This document shows, piece after piece, positions 1 to 12,905 of a DNA stretch of 64,000 nt. This DNA comes from Blastocystis sp. Blastoise. Lineage: Eukaryota; Protista; Bigyra: Opalinata. Under the pieces are notes generated by a model. That model was not told the origin of the DNA. It made no database searches and saw only the letters and a program-made list of their open reading frames with translations. Where the stretch lies: assembly GCA_039096225.1 (NCBI GenBank), contig JBBPEB010000006.1:1054001-1118000 (forward strand). The letters are read 5' to 3'. Positions within the stretch are counted from its first letter, which is position 1. The number at the start of each line of letters is the position of its first letter. The translations under genes were made by a program, and so were the position numbers.

Positions 1-2717
1 ATGTTTATTACATTTATTTATCTATATTTAAATAATATTAAAAAAAAATAATCATATCAGTTACAATATTTTTAAGGTCTTATAAAAGTGGTTATATATA
101 ATCATCAGGAGTTTTGTTAGAATGAATAATTTAGGAGAAATGTATTCTATTATGAATAGTATGCAAATTCTTCAAATAACATTATTTGATAATAAATTAA
201 ATGAATATTACTATTAGATCTTTACCTCATCTACTGTTTAGCGCATAATTCATAATTTATAAAAAAAATAGCTATACATAAGATGAAGACTAGTTTGTAG
301 AAATATGTCGATGTAGGAAGTATAGTTGGAAGAATAATTTATTCGATTTCGTTAATAGTTTCCTATAAGGATTAACGTTATTCTATTATCATTATTAAGA
401 TAGTTATTATTATAACTAAAAATTTTATGAACAAATAGATAGATAGATAGATAGATTTAATATCAATTTGATGCAAAATTATTACTTTAAATACAATACA
501 TTTAGGATCAAGGGAGTTATTATTGTCCATATAAATAACTATATTCACATTATTACGAAGTAGTTGTTCAATTATATGCATTTTAAATATAGTATTGATT
601 ATTGTATAGAATTAGTTCTAGTTATAAGTATTGACATAGAAGTGGTAGTAATAAGTAGGACATTAAGTTGACGTGACTATGATAATTCCTATTAAATTTG
701 ATGGAACATAGTTATAGTATGAATAACATTAGTATATAACGATAAAATAAAATAATAAGAATAAAAAAATGCAGATATCATTACTATATATATGAGAATA
801 GGCAAAAAAATTCCCATTGGTCAGTTTTTGGAGAATGCATTTGATTGGCTACTATATACTCAAGTTTGTACCCACAACTCCTCTAAACTTACGGGAAGTT
901 AACTTTTGGTTGAAACACAGTTCAATACGATATAAGCTGTAGTTGTGCACCATATATTTGGTTAAGCGATATTATTTATAATTAAAAAGTTATTAATAAA
1001 AGAACAGAAAACATGATTTTTGAGTCGTTTTTGATTGGCTCTTTGGGATGACCCCGATAAAAATTGTTGACCAGACAATTGGAAAATAAACATGGGGTAA
1101 ACTTGATTTTTTCTCAATCCCACAATATACGTTATCCGTGTTTATTCTTTATATTTATCTACTTTTTAATACTTTTTCATATTGAACACGTGAGGCCTTA
1201 ACGGTCAAATTTAGATTCTTATTTTGACATCATATTCTGATTCAGGAGGTCGAAAAACCTAGGTGTACCAATTTTCAGCTCCTGAGGACGATTTTTGAGT
1301 GATCGATATTTTCTTCGATCTTCTTATAATTGACTAATATTACAGTATTGTAATTGATAGGTCCTCAAACTACTATAGTTAAAACAAAGTCTTAAAATAA
1401 TGAGTTTGAGTGTCACAATTTTGAAAAATGTGAATTAAGTGGTCTTAGAGGATAAGATTCAATATAATGACTTTTGTTTAGTAAACTAGAGATAATACTC
1501 TATACTATGTTAAAAGGAGAGTCAAAATTATGAAGGTCAAAGTGTATCACCAAATGACAAAATGTGTCTTAAAAAGTAAAAGGGTTTCTATATGTGTATG
1601 GAATCTTATATCAAGTCTATTTTATGAATAAGAGCTTTAAATAAATAGTTTAAGGTTGTCAAATTCAAAAGAATGTGTAAAACATAGTCTTAAACTGTGA
1701 ATAAAAAATTTAGAGATATTAATTAGTGTACAGCTGTAGTAGCTCTACAACATATCAAAAGTACAAAGAAAATAATTTTTAGAGAGTGGATGTGTGAAGG
1801 GTTGTGACTATTATTTAAAATTTATTTTTACTTCAGTTTATATAAAATCGTGAATTTCGTGCACTGTAGAAAAATTGAGTCAAAAAATCAACTCTAAGGG
1901 TCTTAAATTTTGAAAAATGTAAAAATGAGTGACTTAGAGGACGAGATTCAAAATAAGAGTGTTTATTCATTAAACTAGAGTGTATGAGCTATATTATGTT
2001 AAAAAAAGGGACAAAAATATTTTGATCAAAGTGTATGACCAAATGGTAAAGTGTCTTTAAAAGTGTTATGGTGATGACAGTTGTTGTTAATGATCCAAGT
2101 CAAGTCTACTCTTAAAATATTAGCTTTAAATAGCAAGTTAAAGGTTGTCTATTTGTCAAAATGTTTTAAAGACTGTCCTAAAATAAGAGATTCAAGAAGT
2201 TGACTTTCATTTTATACATAACATGTCTATATAAATACTTTATCAAAAGAACTTTGGAAAATATTGTGGATTAGTGTTTTGCCAAATGGTAAAGTTGTAT
2301 CAAGAGTTGATTGTTTCCATTCATTTTTGTTTAAATCAGTATTTTATGTCCACTCTATAAAAATTATCTTTTAATACTGAGTTTAAAGTTTTAAAGTCAA
2401 CATGTGTGTTTGGTTTGTTTACTTTTAATTATTAAAATTGAGTTTAAATCAATAAAACAAGTTTAACACATGTATTTTGATTGATATAATCAGTTTTAAG
2501 ATGACTTGGCTGTTTAAGTATAAATGGATTTGTTCTCATTGTGACTGTTATTGAGAAGAGGAAGTTTACAAAAAATATAAAAAGTTAGATATATATATAT
2601 AAGGTCAAAATTGAAAAGTATAATTTAAAACAAATAAAAATAAGGTTAAAAAAAGAGAATATATATATATATATAATAATATGTAAATAAAATATTAATA
2701 TAAAGAGAAAAATAGCA

Positions 2718-2784
2718 CTTCATGTCAGGAATTGAACCTGAAAACAATCTATAATGATTGTTTCTCTCCTTCTAGAGCATAAAG
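2718..2784 (-). ncRNA. tRNA-like cloverleaf, copy 1
   Basis: Minus strand reads CTTTATG|CTCT-agaagg-AGAG|AAACAATC-attata-GATTGTTT|TCAGG-ttcaatt-CCTGA|CATGAAG: a 7-bp acceptor stem with one G-U pair and a canonical T-arm. Expression is not shown. Confidence 0.8.
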
Positions 2785-3232
2785 GGAGTTTAAAAATTAT
2801 AATAATAATTAAATATATATATATATATATAATAAGAAGGAATGATGGATGAGGAAGTAGGAAGAAAGAAGAAGGAAGGATGAAGGAAGAAGGAAGAAGT
2901 AGGAAGAAGGATGAAGGAAGAAGAAGGAAGGATGAAGAAGTAGGATGAAGAAAGAAGGATGAGGAAGTAGGAAGAAGAAGGAAGAAGAAGGAAGAAGGAA
3001 GAATGACGGATGAGGAAGTAGGAAGTAGGAATGAAGAATGAAGAATGAAGAATGAAGAATGAAGAATGAAGAATGAGGAAGTAGGAAGGAAGAATGAAGA
3101 ATGAGGAAGAAGGTAGTAGGAAGGATAAGGAAGAAGTAAAATGAAGTAGAAAGAAGGAAGAAAGAAGAAAAAGGAACAAGAAGACTATTAAACCTATATA
3201 CAATAGAAAAAATATAAAAAGATAGCATAAAA

Positions 3233-3263
<31 letters not shown>

Positions 3264-3478
3264 AATAAATAAATAAATATAATAAATATAATAAATATAA
3301 TAAATATAATAAATATAATAAATAAATAAAAAACATAAATAAATAAATAAATAAATAAATATAATAAATAAATAAATATAATAAATAAATAAATAAATAT
3401 AATAAATAAATATATATAAATATAATAAATATAATAAATAAATAAATAAATATAATAAATAAATATATATAAATATAA

Positions 3479-3513
<35 letters not shown>

Positions 3514-4000
3514 AAAACATAAATAATAAATAATAAAAATGAAAACAATAAATAAAATATAAATATATACCTAATAGATTAATCTGAAACCACAGACTAA
3601 AGAAGAACGACATGAAAAAGCGAAGACCACAACACATCAACAACATTTTCTTTCCTATAGAATAAAAATAATTAAAAACTATTGAATAAATGATATATAA
3701 AGACAAAATAAACAAAATAAATAATAAAAATAATAATAACAAAAAGCAATTAGTAAAACAAAAACAGATGTTAAGAAATAAATAATATATTTATATACCT
3801 TACACTAGAAAAACCATATAGCACAACCAGGACCACTTCAAGAAGCTTCTATCACCACAACCAAGACAAATACAAAAGAATCCTATAGAAAAGTGTATTA
3901 TTATAAATAAATAAATTAATATATACAAATAAATATAAAAATAATAACTAAATAACATCAAATTAATTAATAAAACATACCCAGACAATCAATACAAACA
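2785..4000 (-). other. Putative spliced antisense transcription unit, divergent from RepHel and ending at the cloverleaf
   Basis: Minus-strand GT/AG-bounded exons: donor at 3980, exons 3882-3799 and 3654-3571 (84 nt each), and an acceptor (TATATAG) opening a last exon at 3193 that runs through a CT-rich tract to the cloverleaf. Exon 3882-3799 has stops in all three frames. The 5' boundary is approximate. Confidence 0.55.
2835..3560. repeat. GAAG/GAAGAAT simple repeats followed by an (ATAA)n tract
   Basis: Directly visible low-complexity sequence; it produces several hydrophobic minus-strand ORFs in the track. Confidence 0.9.
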
Positions 4001-4238
4001 AATATTTAAAAAATGTAAAAAACTATAGTTTTTGGGTACCCAAAATGTTTTTAACAAAAAATGACCCAATTATCAGCTTAGCATAAGATAATAATGAAAA
4101 TTCGAGGTTATTTATGATTCCTATTAATTTTTAAATATGCATATTTTAAATATTAACCCTATTTTTCAAAAGTTCAATAGTGAATATGTTTTTGTTTTCT
4201 ACATAAAAATACTTATTTTTATTAAATTATTAAATAAG

Positions 4239-7200
4239 ATGCCTAGAAAAGGCAGAATGTCATCAAGGCGGAGGTCCTTGAACAAAAAAAACTACCTTTC
4301 TCAGAGAAGGTCAAGTATGTATTGTATTTATTTTTTTTTATTATTCATATATAGGTTCTTCTACTCAACAGGATACAAGTATGGATGTCATTGATGGTGA
4401 TGGTGCTTATCAATATGGTCTTGAAGGTATATATTTATACATTTCTTTTTGTTTTATTATTTTATATTATCTTAGGCTCTTCTATGTCCTTGGTGTCCTA
4501 TTCTGATGATGGTGTGAGGTTATCGTGTGGTCCTGAAGGTATGTTGGCATTCATTTGGTTTTATTTTTATATTTTTATTTATCTATAGGTTCTTCTGTTG
4601 TTGTGGATTCTGTTACTGGAGCTGTTGATGGTGATGTTAACTCTACTCATGGTCTTCAAGGTATGATGCTAATCATTTATTTTTATTTTTTTATTTATAT
4701 TTATCTATAGGTTCTTCTGTTGTTGTGGATGCTGTTGTTGCTGATGTTGATGCAAGATGTGTTAGTGGTCTTGAAGGTACGTTGCTATTCTTTTAATTTT
4801 TATTTAATTTCCTGTCAATATTTATCTATAGGTTGTTCTAATGCAATGATGGGTGCTAATGGTAATAATAATAAAGGTATATATCATCTATTTTCTTTTA
4901 TTTAACTTATTTTATGTATAGGTTCTTCTACTAATGGTACTGTGTCTGATTGTGATCATCCTTATGAGGTTGAAGGTAAATAGATATATCATATATATAT
5001 ATATTTTATTATTCTTTTAATTCTTTCTTATTTGTTTTTATATAGGTCCTTCAACTCAGTTAGTACATGGTCATTCTTCTATTTCTTCTTCAGAAGGTAT
5101 ATATATATATATATATATATTGTTTTACTTATTATATATTTCTATATAGGTGTGTCTTTTAATTTGGGATCCTGTCACTCTAATGTTGGTCTTGATATGA
5201 TTACTACTAATATATATAAAGGTATATATATATAATTTTTTTTTATTTATTTATTTATACTTATACTATTGTATATATATAGGTGATGGTGTTAATAATT
5301 CTTCAGTCATTGATGCTGTCAACAATTCTTCAATTATTCAAGGTATATATATACTTATATTATATTCTATACTTATATAGGTTCAAATAAAGTTGTGGGT
5401 AAGTATTATTTATTATTTTAGTTTCTTTTTCTTTTGTTTTATTATTTTATTTTCACAGATAATAGCTTTCTGTTATCTGCTTTCTTTTTATTATCTATTT
5501 ATATATTAATTTACTAAGCTTAGCTTTAGCTACTTAGTATTTAAATATTTAATAGAATCCTTTCTTTTTTCATTTTTGTTTTGTTATTTTTTTTTATTTT
5601 AATTTTACTTTAATCGTGTCGATTAACGGGAAGGTGTCGGATATTAAGATAATTTTTGAATTACTTAATATTAAATAGTGTTGAGTATTTTAATATTTGT
5701 ATTTAATTTAATTAATACAACTATTGATTACCTATATGACTCATACTATTGCTGACTATTGTTCGCTTCTAACTCTATATAGTCTAACCGATGTAATACT
5801 ATCAATGATGAGATATCTAAGTGTTAAGATTCTTCACTTACTCACATTGTATATGATATTAACTGGTAGTTAGCTATATGTTTATAGAATGTTGTAACAA
5901 AGCACAATAGCTATAGATGTCCTCTATGAGGTTGAATCATATAGATTGTTTAATAAATTATACAATATTAATTACCTATACTTATTTAATATTAGTTTTC
6001 ATTAATTATAATATTATCTTTCATTACATTATAGTATTGAAGATAATTGTTAATTAATAAAGTTTTTACTTTATATTAATAAATATATCATACTATATGT
6101 ATGTATTATTATATTAATAAAGGTTATATACTTTATATTAATAAATATATCATAGTATAACTATGTATTATTATATTAATAAAGGTTATATACTTTATAT
6201 TAATAAATATATCATAGTATAACTATGTATTATATTATATTAATAAGAGTTATATACTTTATATTAATAAATATATATCATAGTACAACTATGTATTATT
6301 ATATTAATAAAGGTTATACTTTATATTAATAAATATATATCATACTATACTTATGACTTATTATATTAATAAGAATTATATACTTTATATTAATTAATAT
6401 ATATCATACTATACTTATGTATTATATTATATTGATAAAGGTTATACTTTATATTAATTAATATATATCATATTATATTCTATGTATTATTATATTAATA
6501 AAGGTTATATTTTATATTAATTAATATATATCATACTATACTATATGTATGTATTATTATATTAATAAAGGTTATACTTTATATTAATTAATATATCATA
6601 CTATACTTATGTATCATATTATATTGATGAAGGTTATACTTTATATTAATTAATATATATCATACTATACTTATGACTTATATTATATTAATAAATGTTA
6701 TACTTTATATTAATATATATATTATCATACTATATCTATGTATTATATTATATTAATAAAGGTTATACTTTATATTAATTAATAATTACTTCAACAACTA
6801 TAACAATGAAAGTTAATTTATATACTACACAACTAAACTTTATTCTAAACTTAAACATAATATAATTAATATCTAACTATTAATATATATAGGTTCCAAT
6901 AAGGATAAAATAAATAATAATGATTTATCTAAATCATTTGGTTTTAATTTAAAACCTTTAGCTTTGTTTTCGACTTTTAATATACAAAATAATATTCCTT
7001 TACAAAACATTCAAAACAATATTTCAAATAACAATATTGATATTGATATAGATAATAGTTATTCACAAATAAATAATAATAATTCTATGTTAAATAATGG
7101 TTCAAACTTATTCAATCAAATGAATCCAATAAATCAATCAATCAATAACATATCTATTGTTCAAAGTCCAATAAATAATAATAATTCATCTATTCCTATA

Positions 7201-7565
7201 TCAACTACTATTATACAACCTACAGAAAATAATATTTCAGTTTCTAATAATAATAATGATTCTATTAATACTTCTTCACACTCTTTACCTGTTGTTAGTA
7301 CTATTCCAACTGATGTAAATATATCTAACAATAATAATTCTGTAATCATTAATGATAATACGAATCATTCTATAAATAACACTAATACTAATAATAATGA
7401 AACAATAATACAAAGAAATAATAGATCTATTAATTCCATCATGAATAGTTATTTAACTATTCCTGATTTAAGTCCTATTCTTCCTCCTTTAAGTTTGATA
7501 ACAAATATTCCTCATATTAATTTAAATAATGATAATGAATCAGAAATTATAACAACAACACCTAA

Positions 7566-7657
<92 letters not shown>

Positions 7658-10600
7658 ATTTTTCTGATAATGATTCTGATTCTGATTATATTGATCCTTT
7701 TCCTGATATCAATAGTAATACTCAAAACAATGATGAAATACCAGTTGTAAGAACTATTAGAAGACCTATAGCAGATAATAGTATGTTTTTTTATTATTTA
7801 AATATATTTATTTAATACTTCTTTATAGTTGAAGAAGACATAACTATTCATCCTATTATTAATAGAGGAAGAAGAAGAGCTTTAGATATTTGTATGCTAT
7901 TTATATTTTATAATCCTTTATAAATAATTAAATAATAAAATTATTTTTATAGATAATCAACAAAGATTATTATATCCTGGATTACATAATTGTATTGCTT
8001 CTATTCAAAGAAGTATTTATATATATTTAATATTGATTTTATATTATTTTATATAGATTCTCATGGTGATTTTGTATTAAATGAAGCATTGAATACTTAT
8101 AAAGCTAATTATTTAGGTGATTTTAATGTTCATTGTGAATATTGTCATGCTAAACATTTTGAATTAGAGAAAGGAATGAATGATAAGTTTTATACTTGCT
8201 GTGGTAGTGGTAAAGTAGTTCTTCCTGAACTTCCTGATCTTCCTAATACTATTCGTTCTTTATTACAAAGAGATAATCCAGATTCAAGAGAATTTATTAA
8301 TAATATAATTCGATATAATAATTCTGTTGCTTTAGCTTCTTTAGCTGGAAATAATACTTCTGATGATGATTTAAGAAATTCTTCTGGACCTTTACTATTT
8401 AAATGTGGAGGTAATATATATCATACTTTTAAGAGTGCTTTAGATTTTGATGTGAATGATCCTACAAGACATCCTGTATTCAATCAATATTATATGATAG
8501 ATGGAGATGAAGCTACTCATATGAGAAGTATGAATCGATATTTTTGTGATTTAAAACCAAATATTTTACAAATATTAGATAGTACAATAAGAGAATATCA
8601 TCCATTAGCTCAAATATATAATTCACTTCGAGAAAGAGTAGATGAAGTAATAGAAGAGAATAGTCAAATGAATAGAAGTAATATTAATTTATTAATAGAA
8701 TTTAAGAAACAAAGAAGAGAAGTACCTGATATAAGAAGATATAATACTCCTCAAGTAGATGAAGTAGCAGTAATATATCAATATAGAGAAGGAGGAGTAA
8801 TGCCAGAAAGAAGTTATTGTTGTTTTCCTAGAAGTGGTATGGAAATAGTAGCTACTAATAGTAATAATGAACAGAATCGTTATACTTCAGGTCAATATAT
8901 AGTAATGAAGAATACTAATTCATATATAGATTGTATGGTTTATCCAGTTATGTTTCCAACTGGAAGACAAGGTTGGTATCCAGATTTATTATCATTGAAT
9001 CGTTCTAATCAAATAACTATTACGATGTTAGAATATTATAATTATATGCTTCAAATGAAAGATCCACCTTATGATAATTATTTATTAAAATATAAGAAAT
9101 TAACTTTACAATATATTACTGATAATTATATCCGTGTTGAACAAAATAGAATTAATTATATACGAAATAATCAAAATAAATTAAGAGCATCTACTTATCA
9201 GAATATAAATAATATGTTAGAAGAGAGAGGAGACCAAATAAATGAGAATGATAGAAATATAGATAGAATAGGTAAAGCTATTATATTACCTTCTTCTTTT
9301 GTTGGTAGTCCAAGAAATTTACAACAGAAATATATGGATGCTATGAGTGTAGTTCGAGAATATGGTAAACCTGATTTATTTATTACATTTACTTGCAATC
9401 CAGATTGGTTAGAAATAAAGAATAATATTCCAGAAGGTTATACTGTTAATGAATTTCCAGATTTAGTTTCAAGAGTGTTTCATTTAAAGTTGAAACAATT
9501 GCTTTCTGATATAAAGGATAAGAATATATTTGGTACGGTAGAAGCTTTATTATATTCAGTAGAATTCCAAAAGAGAGGTTTACCACATTCTCATATATTA
9601 ATTATTTTAGATACGAATTCTAAATATAGAACAGAAGATGAAGTAGATAGTATAATAAGTGCAGAGATTCCTGATAAAGAATCAACTCCTCTTCTTTATG
9701 AATTAGTTAAGAAACATATGATTCATGGTCCATGTGGTCCTGATTATGATACGAATTGTGTTTGTATTGATAGATCAACAGGTAAATGTAGTAAGAGATT
9801 TCCAAAAGAATATATAGAGCAAACTAATTGTCATTTAAATTCTTATCCTTTATATCAAAGAAGAAATATTCCTGATAGAACTATTACTCTTATTCGTAGT
9901 CATAATACTTATACTATTGATAATCGTTGGGTAGTTCCTTATAATCCTTATTTATTATTGAAATATCAAGCTCATATTAATGTAGAAGTATGTTGTAATA
10001 TTCAAAGTACTAAATATATATATAAATATGCATTAAAAGGAAATGATTCTGTGATAGCTCAATTACGAAGAGTGAATGATAATGGAATAGTAGATGAAAC
10101 TCAAGCTTATTTAGATTGTCGATATGTTTCTCCTCCTGAAGCTTCTTATCGTTTGAATTGTTTTGAAATTACTTATAATTCTGTTTCTATTAATAGATTA
10201 CCTATTCATTTACCTGATGATCCATATATATTATTTCGAGAAGGACACGAAGAAGAAGCATTAAGAAATAGTTTAGAGAAAGGTACTAAATTAACAAAAT
10301 ACTTTGATTTAGAGAAAGAAGTTCAGAATCAAAGAAAGATATATACTTATTATTATATAGAGAAGAAGCATGGTATTCGTAATATGAATAATGTAGAAGA
10401 AGAAAGAGAATTGATTCAAGTTCGTTTAGAAGAGATAAATAGAATAAATAGTTATGAAGTAGATGATGATAATATATCAGAAGAATTATTGAAAATATTA
10501 GATGAGAAATATCCTATTTATGCTTATCATGAAATACCAAAATATTATGTATGGAAATCAAATACAAATACTTGGAATAGACGTCAGAGAGATATAAAAG

Positions 10601-12669
10601 CTTTAGGAAGAATGTATTATGTGAATCCAAAAGATAAGGAACGATATGCTTTGAGATTATTATTATTGAATACGAAAGGAGCTGATAGCTTTGATTCTTT
10701 GAAGATAGTAAAAGGATTGAATAGTAATGAACCTTATAGAACCTTTAGTGAAGCAGCTATAGCAAGAGGATTATTGAATAATGAGAGAGAAGTATTTGAT
10801 TCATTTTCAGAAGCTATTGTTTTTGCTACTCCATGTCAATTGAGACAATTATTTATTACTTATATTTCAGAATCATTATTAACAAATGTGAAAGAGTTTT
10901 GGATTCGATTTAAATCATTTCTTAGTGAGGATTATAAACATTCAATGCATAATAATGAAATAGATTATATAAATACTCCTTTAGCTCAAGATTTAGATTC
11001 ATCAAGTGTTATAGAAGATGATACTAATAGTGTTCTTCAAGATTATGAAATACGTACTTTACAAGATATAAAAGAGATGATGATAAGTATAGGAGTGAAT
11101 TATAATGATTTAGGATTACCTCAAGTAGAAGAACAACATCATTATAATGATTATAATTATAATCCTACATTAGAATTACAAGAAGCTAATAGAGTAATAG
11201 AATTATTAAATGAAGAACAAAGAAATGCATTTGATAGAGTAATTCATTCAATAGAAAGTAGTAGAATAGAAGATAAGTTATGTTTCTTTATAGATGGTCC
11301 AGGTGGAAGTGGAAAGACTTTCTTATATAATAGTTTATTAAGTTATTTACGTGGACATAATAAGAATGTATTACCTGTAGCTTCAACAGGAATTGCTTCT
11401 ACTTTATTACCAGGTGGTAGAACAGCTCATAAACAATTTGGTATTCCTTTGAATGTTGATCCTGATTCTACTTCAAATATAGATTTAGCTAGAGATAGAA
11501 GAAAAGTAGAAGAAATAAGAATAGCTGATTTAATAATATGGGATGAAGCTCCTATGATGAAAGGTGATTGTTTTATGGTAGTACATAGATTATTATGTGA
11601 TATAATGAATACAGAATTAGATATTCCTTTTGGTGGTAAAACAGTAGTATTAGGAGGAGATTTCAGACAATGTTTACCAGTTATAAGAAAAGGAACTCAA
11701 GCTCAGATTGTTAGTTCTTCTATAAAGTTTTGTTCGTTATGGAATTCTATAAAGAATAATGTTATTCATTTATCGAGAAATATGAGAGCTTTAGAAGGAG
11801 CAGATGATTTTAGACAATGGTTATTACAAGTAGGAGATGGTGTTCTTTCTAATAATTATACTATTAGTCATCATTTAGATATAGATTATATTCCTATTCC
11901 TCCTCAATGTATTGTGAATGATGATTTATGTGTTACTGTATTTGGACATCGAATCAATACTTCTCTTGATTCTGATATCAAACGATTAGCTTCTTCTGTT
12001 ATATTAGCTTCTACTAATGATTGTGTTGGTACTTTAAATGATTTCATTGTTGATAATCTTCTTTCTGGAACTACTACTCCTTATATCTCTTCTGATTCTA
12101 TTCTTGATTCTGAAACAGATGATCCAGAATCAAATTATCCTATCGAGTTTATCAATTCTCAAACACCTTCTGGAATGCCTCCTCATATATTAAATTTAAA
12201 AATAGGTTGTATCATTATGCTTTTAAGAAATCTTAATCCTTCTAAAGGATTATGTAATGGTACTAGACTTATAGTTACTCGATTAGGATCAAATAATATT
12301 ACTGCTACTATTTTAAATCCTCCTCCTTCTCTTACTATTGATGAACGTACTGTTATTATTCCAAGAATCATCTGTAATTCAAATCCTGAAGATCTTCCTA
12401 TTATTATATCCAGAAGACAATTTCCTATTCGTTTAGCGTTCGCAATGACTATTAACAAATCTCAAGGACAAACATTTGAAAGAGTTGGTGTTTATTTAGA
12501 TCGTCCTGTCTTCTCTCATGGTCAACTCTATGTTGCTTTCAGTCGTGCTCGATCTTTCAACTCTCTTTTTATTAAGGTAGTTGATAGTGTCTCTCAAGGT
12601 AAGATGATTAGTAGTAGTAATGAAATATTTACTAAGAACGTGGTCTTCAGGTCTACTCTAAACAATTAA
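4239..12669 (+). CDS. Helitron RepHel transposase (HUH Rep plus Pif1-type SF1B helicase), 15 predicted exons, ~2090 aa
   Basis: Exons: 4239-4314, 4355-4426, 4476-4538, 4589-4660, 4711-4776, 4832-4876, 4922-4975, 5046-5096, 5150-5221, 5283-5342, 5381-5398, 6893-7780, 7829-7891, 7953-8012, 8057-12669. All introns are GT-AG and phase 1, and the 6273-nt join is open. Motifs: CxxC...CC zinc knuckle, PDLFITFTCNP, EFQKRGLPHSH (HUH), KYIYKY, GPGGSGKT, WDEAPM, GDFRQ, AMTINKSQGQT, FSHGQLYVAFSR. The core is secure; the N-terminal exon chain is predicted. Confidence 0.93.
6050..6785. repeat. AT-rich minisatellite, ~63-bp unit, ~12 copies, inside the long RepHel intron
   Basis: Recurring TATATTAATAAAGGTTATA(TA)CTTTATATTAATAAATATATCATAGTATAACTATGTATTAT-like unit. 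Confidence 0.9.
7567..7656 (+). repeat. (AGT)30 microsatellite encoding poly-Ser in RepHel exon 12
   Basis: Perfect trinucleotide run in frame with ORF 6964-7815. Confidence 0.95.
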
Positions 12670-12858
12670 ATGTTTTATTTTTTCTTTTTTCTTCTTTTGT
12701 TATATTTGTTTGTTTTTGTTTTATGTTTGTTAATTATTTTTTCTTTTTAATCTATTACTTCTTCACTTTTTATTTGTTTTTAAAATGTTTATAATAAACA
12801 AGGTTGTTTTGTTCAATAAAGTTAAAGAAATAATTTTAAAACCCAACTGCACAACGCA

Positions 12859-12905
12859 GCCGCGGCGCGTCGCCGTTAGGCGGTGCGCCAGCGGCGTTAC
12901 CCTAG
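12859..12905 (+). other. Family-A 3' terminal hairpin and CTAG end
   Basis: GCCGC-GGCGC-GTC-GCC-[GTTA]-GGC-GGT-GCGCC-a-GCGGC, then GTTACC-CTAG|T. Confidence 0.95.

Larger units (their letters stand above)
778..12905 (+). mobile_element. Autonomous Helitron, family A (~12.1 kb), apparently complete
   Basis: The 5' end A|TCATTACTATATATATGAGAATAGG at 778 is shared with four other copies. A GC-rich hairpin at 12859-12895 is followed by GTTACCCTAG|T ending at 12905. The target is A|T with no duplication, and the internal RepHel ORF is intact. Confidence 0.95.

Noticed and set aside
6050-6785. Regularly spaced repeats resembling a CRISPR array
   Set aside because: There are no unique spacers, the whole unit repeats, the context is a eukaryotic intron, and no cas genes are present.
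7990-8056. Track start codons of the RepHel ORFs (TTG at 7990 and TTG at 53721)
   Set aside because: 7990 lies out of frame in exon 14 and reads through the next intron, and 53721 lies inside an intron. The true core exons begin after AG acceptors at 8056 and 53730.
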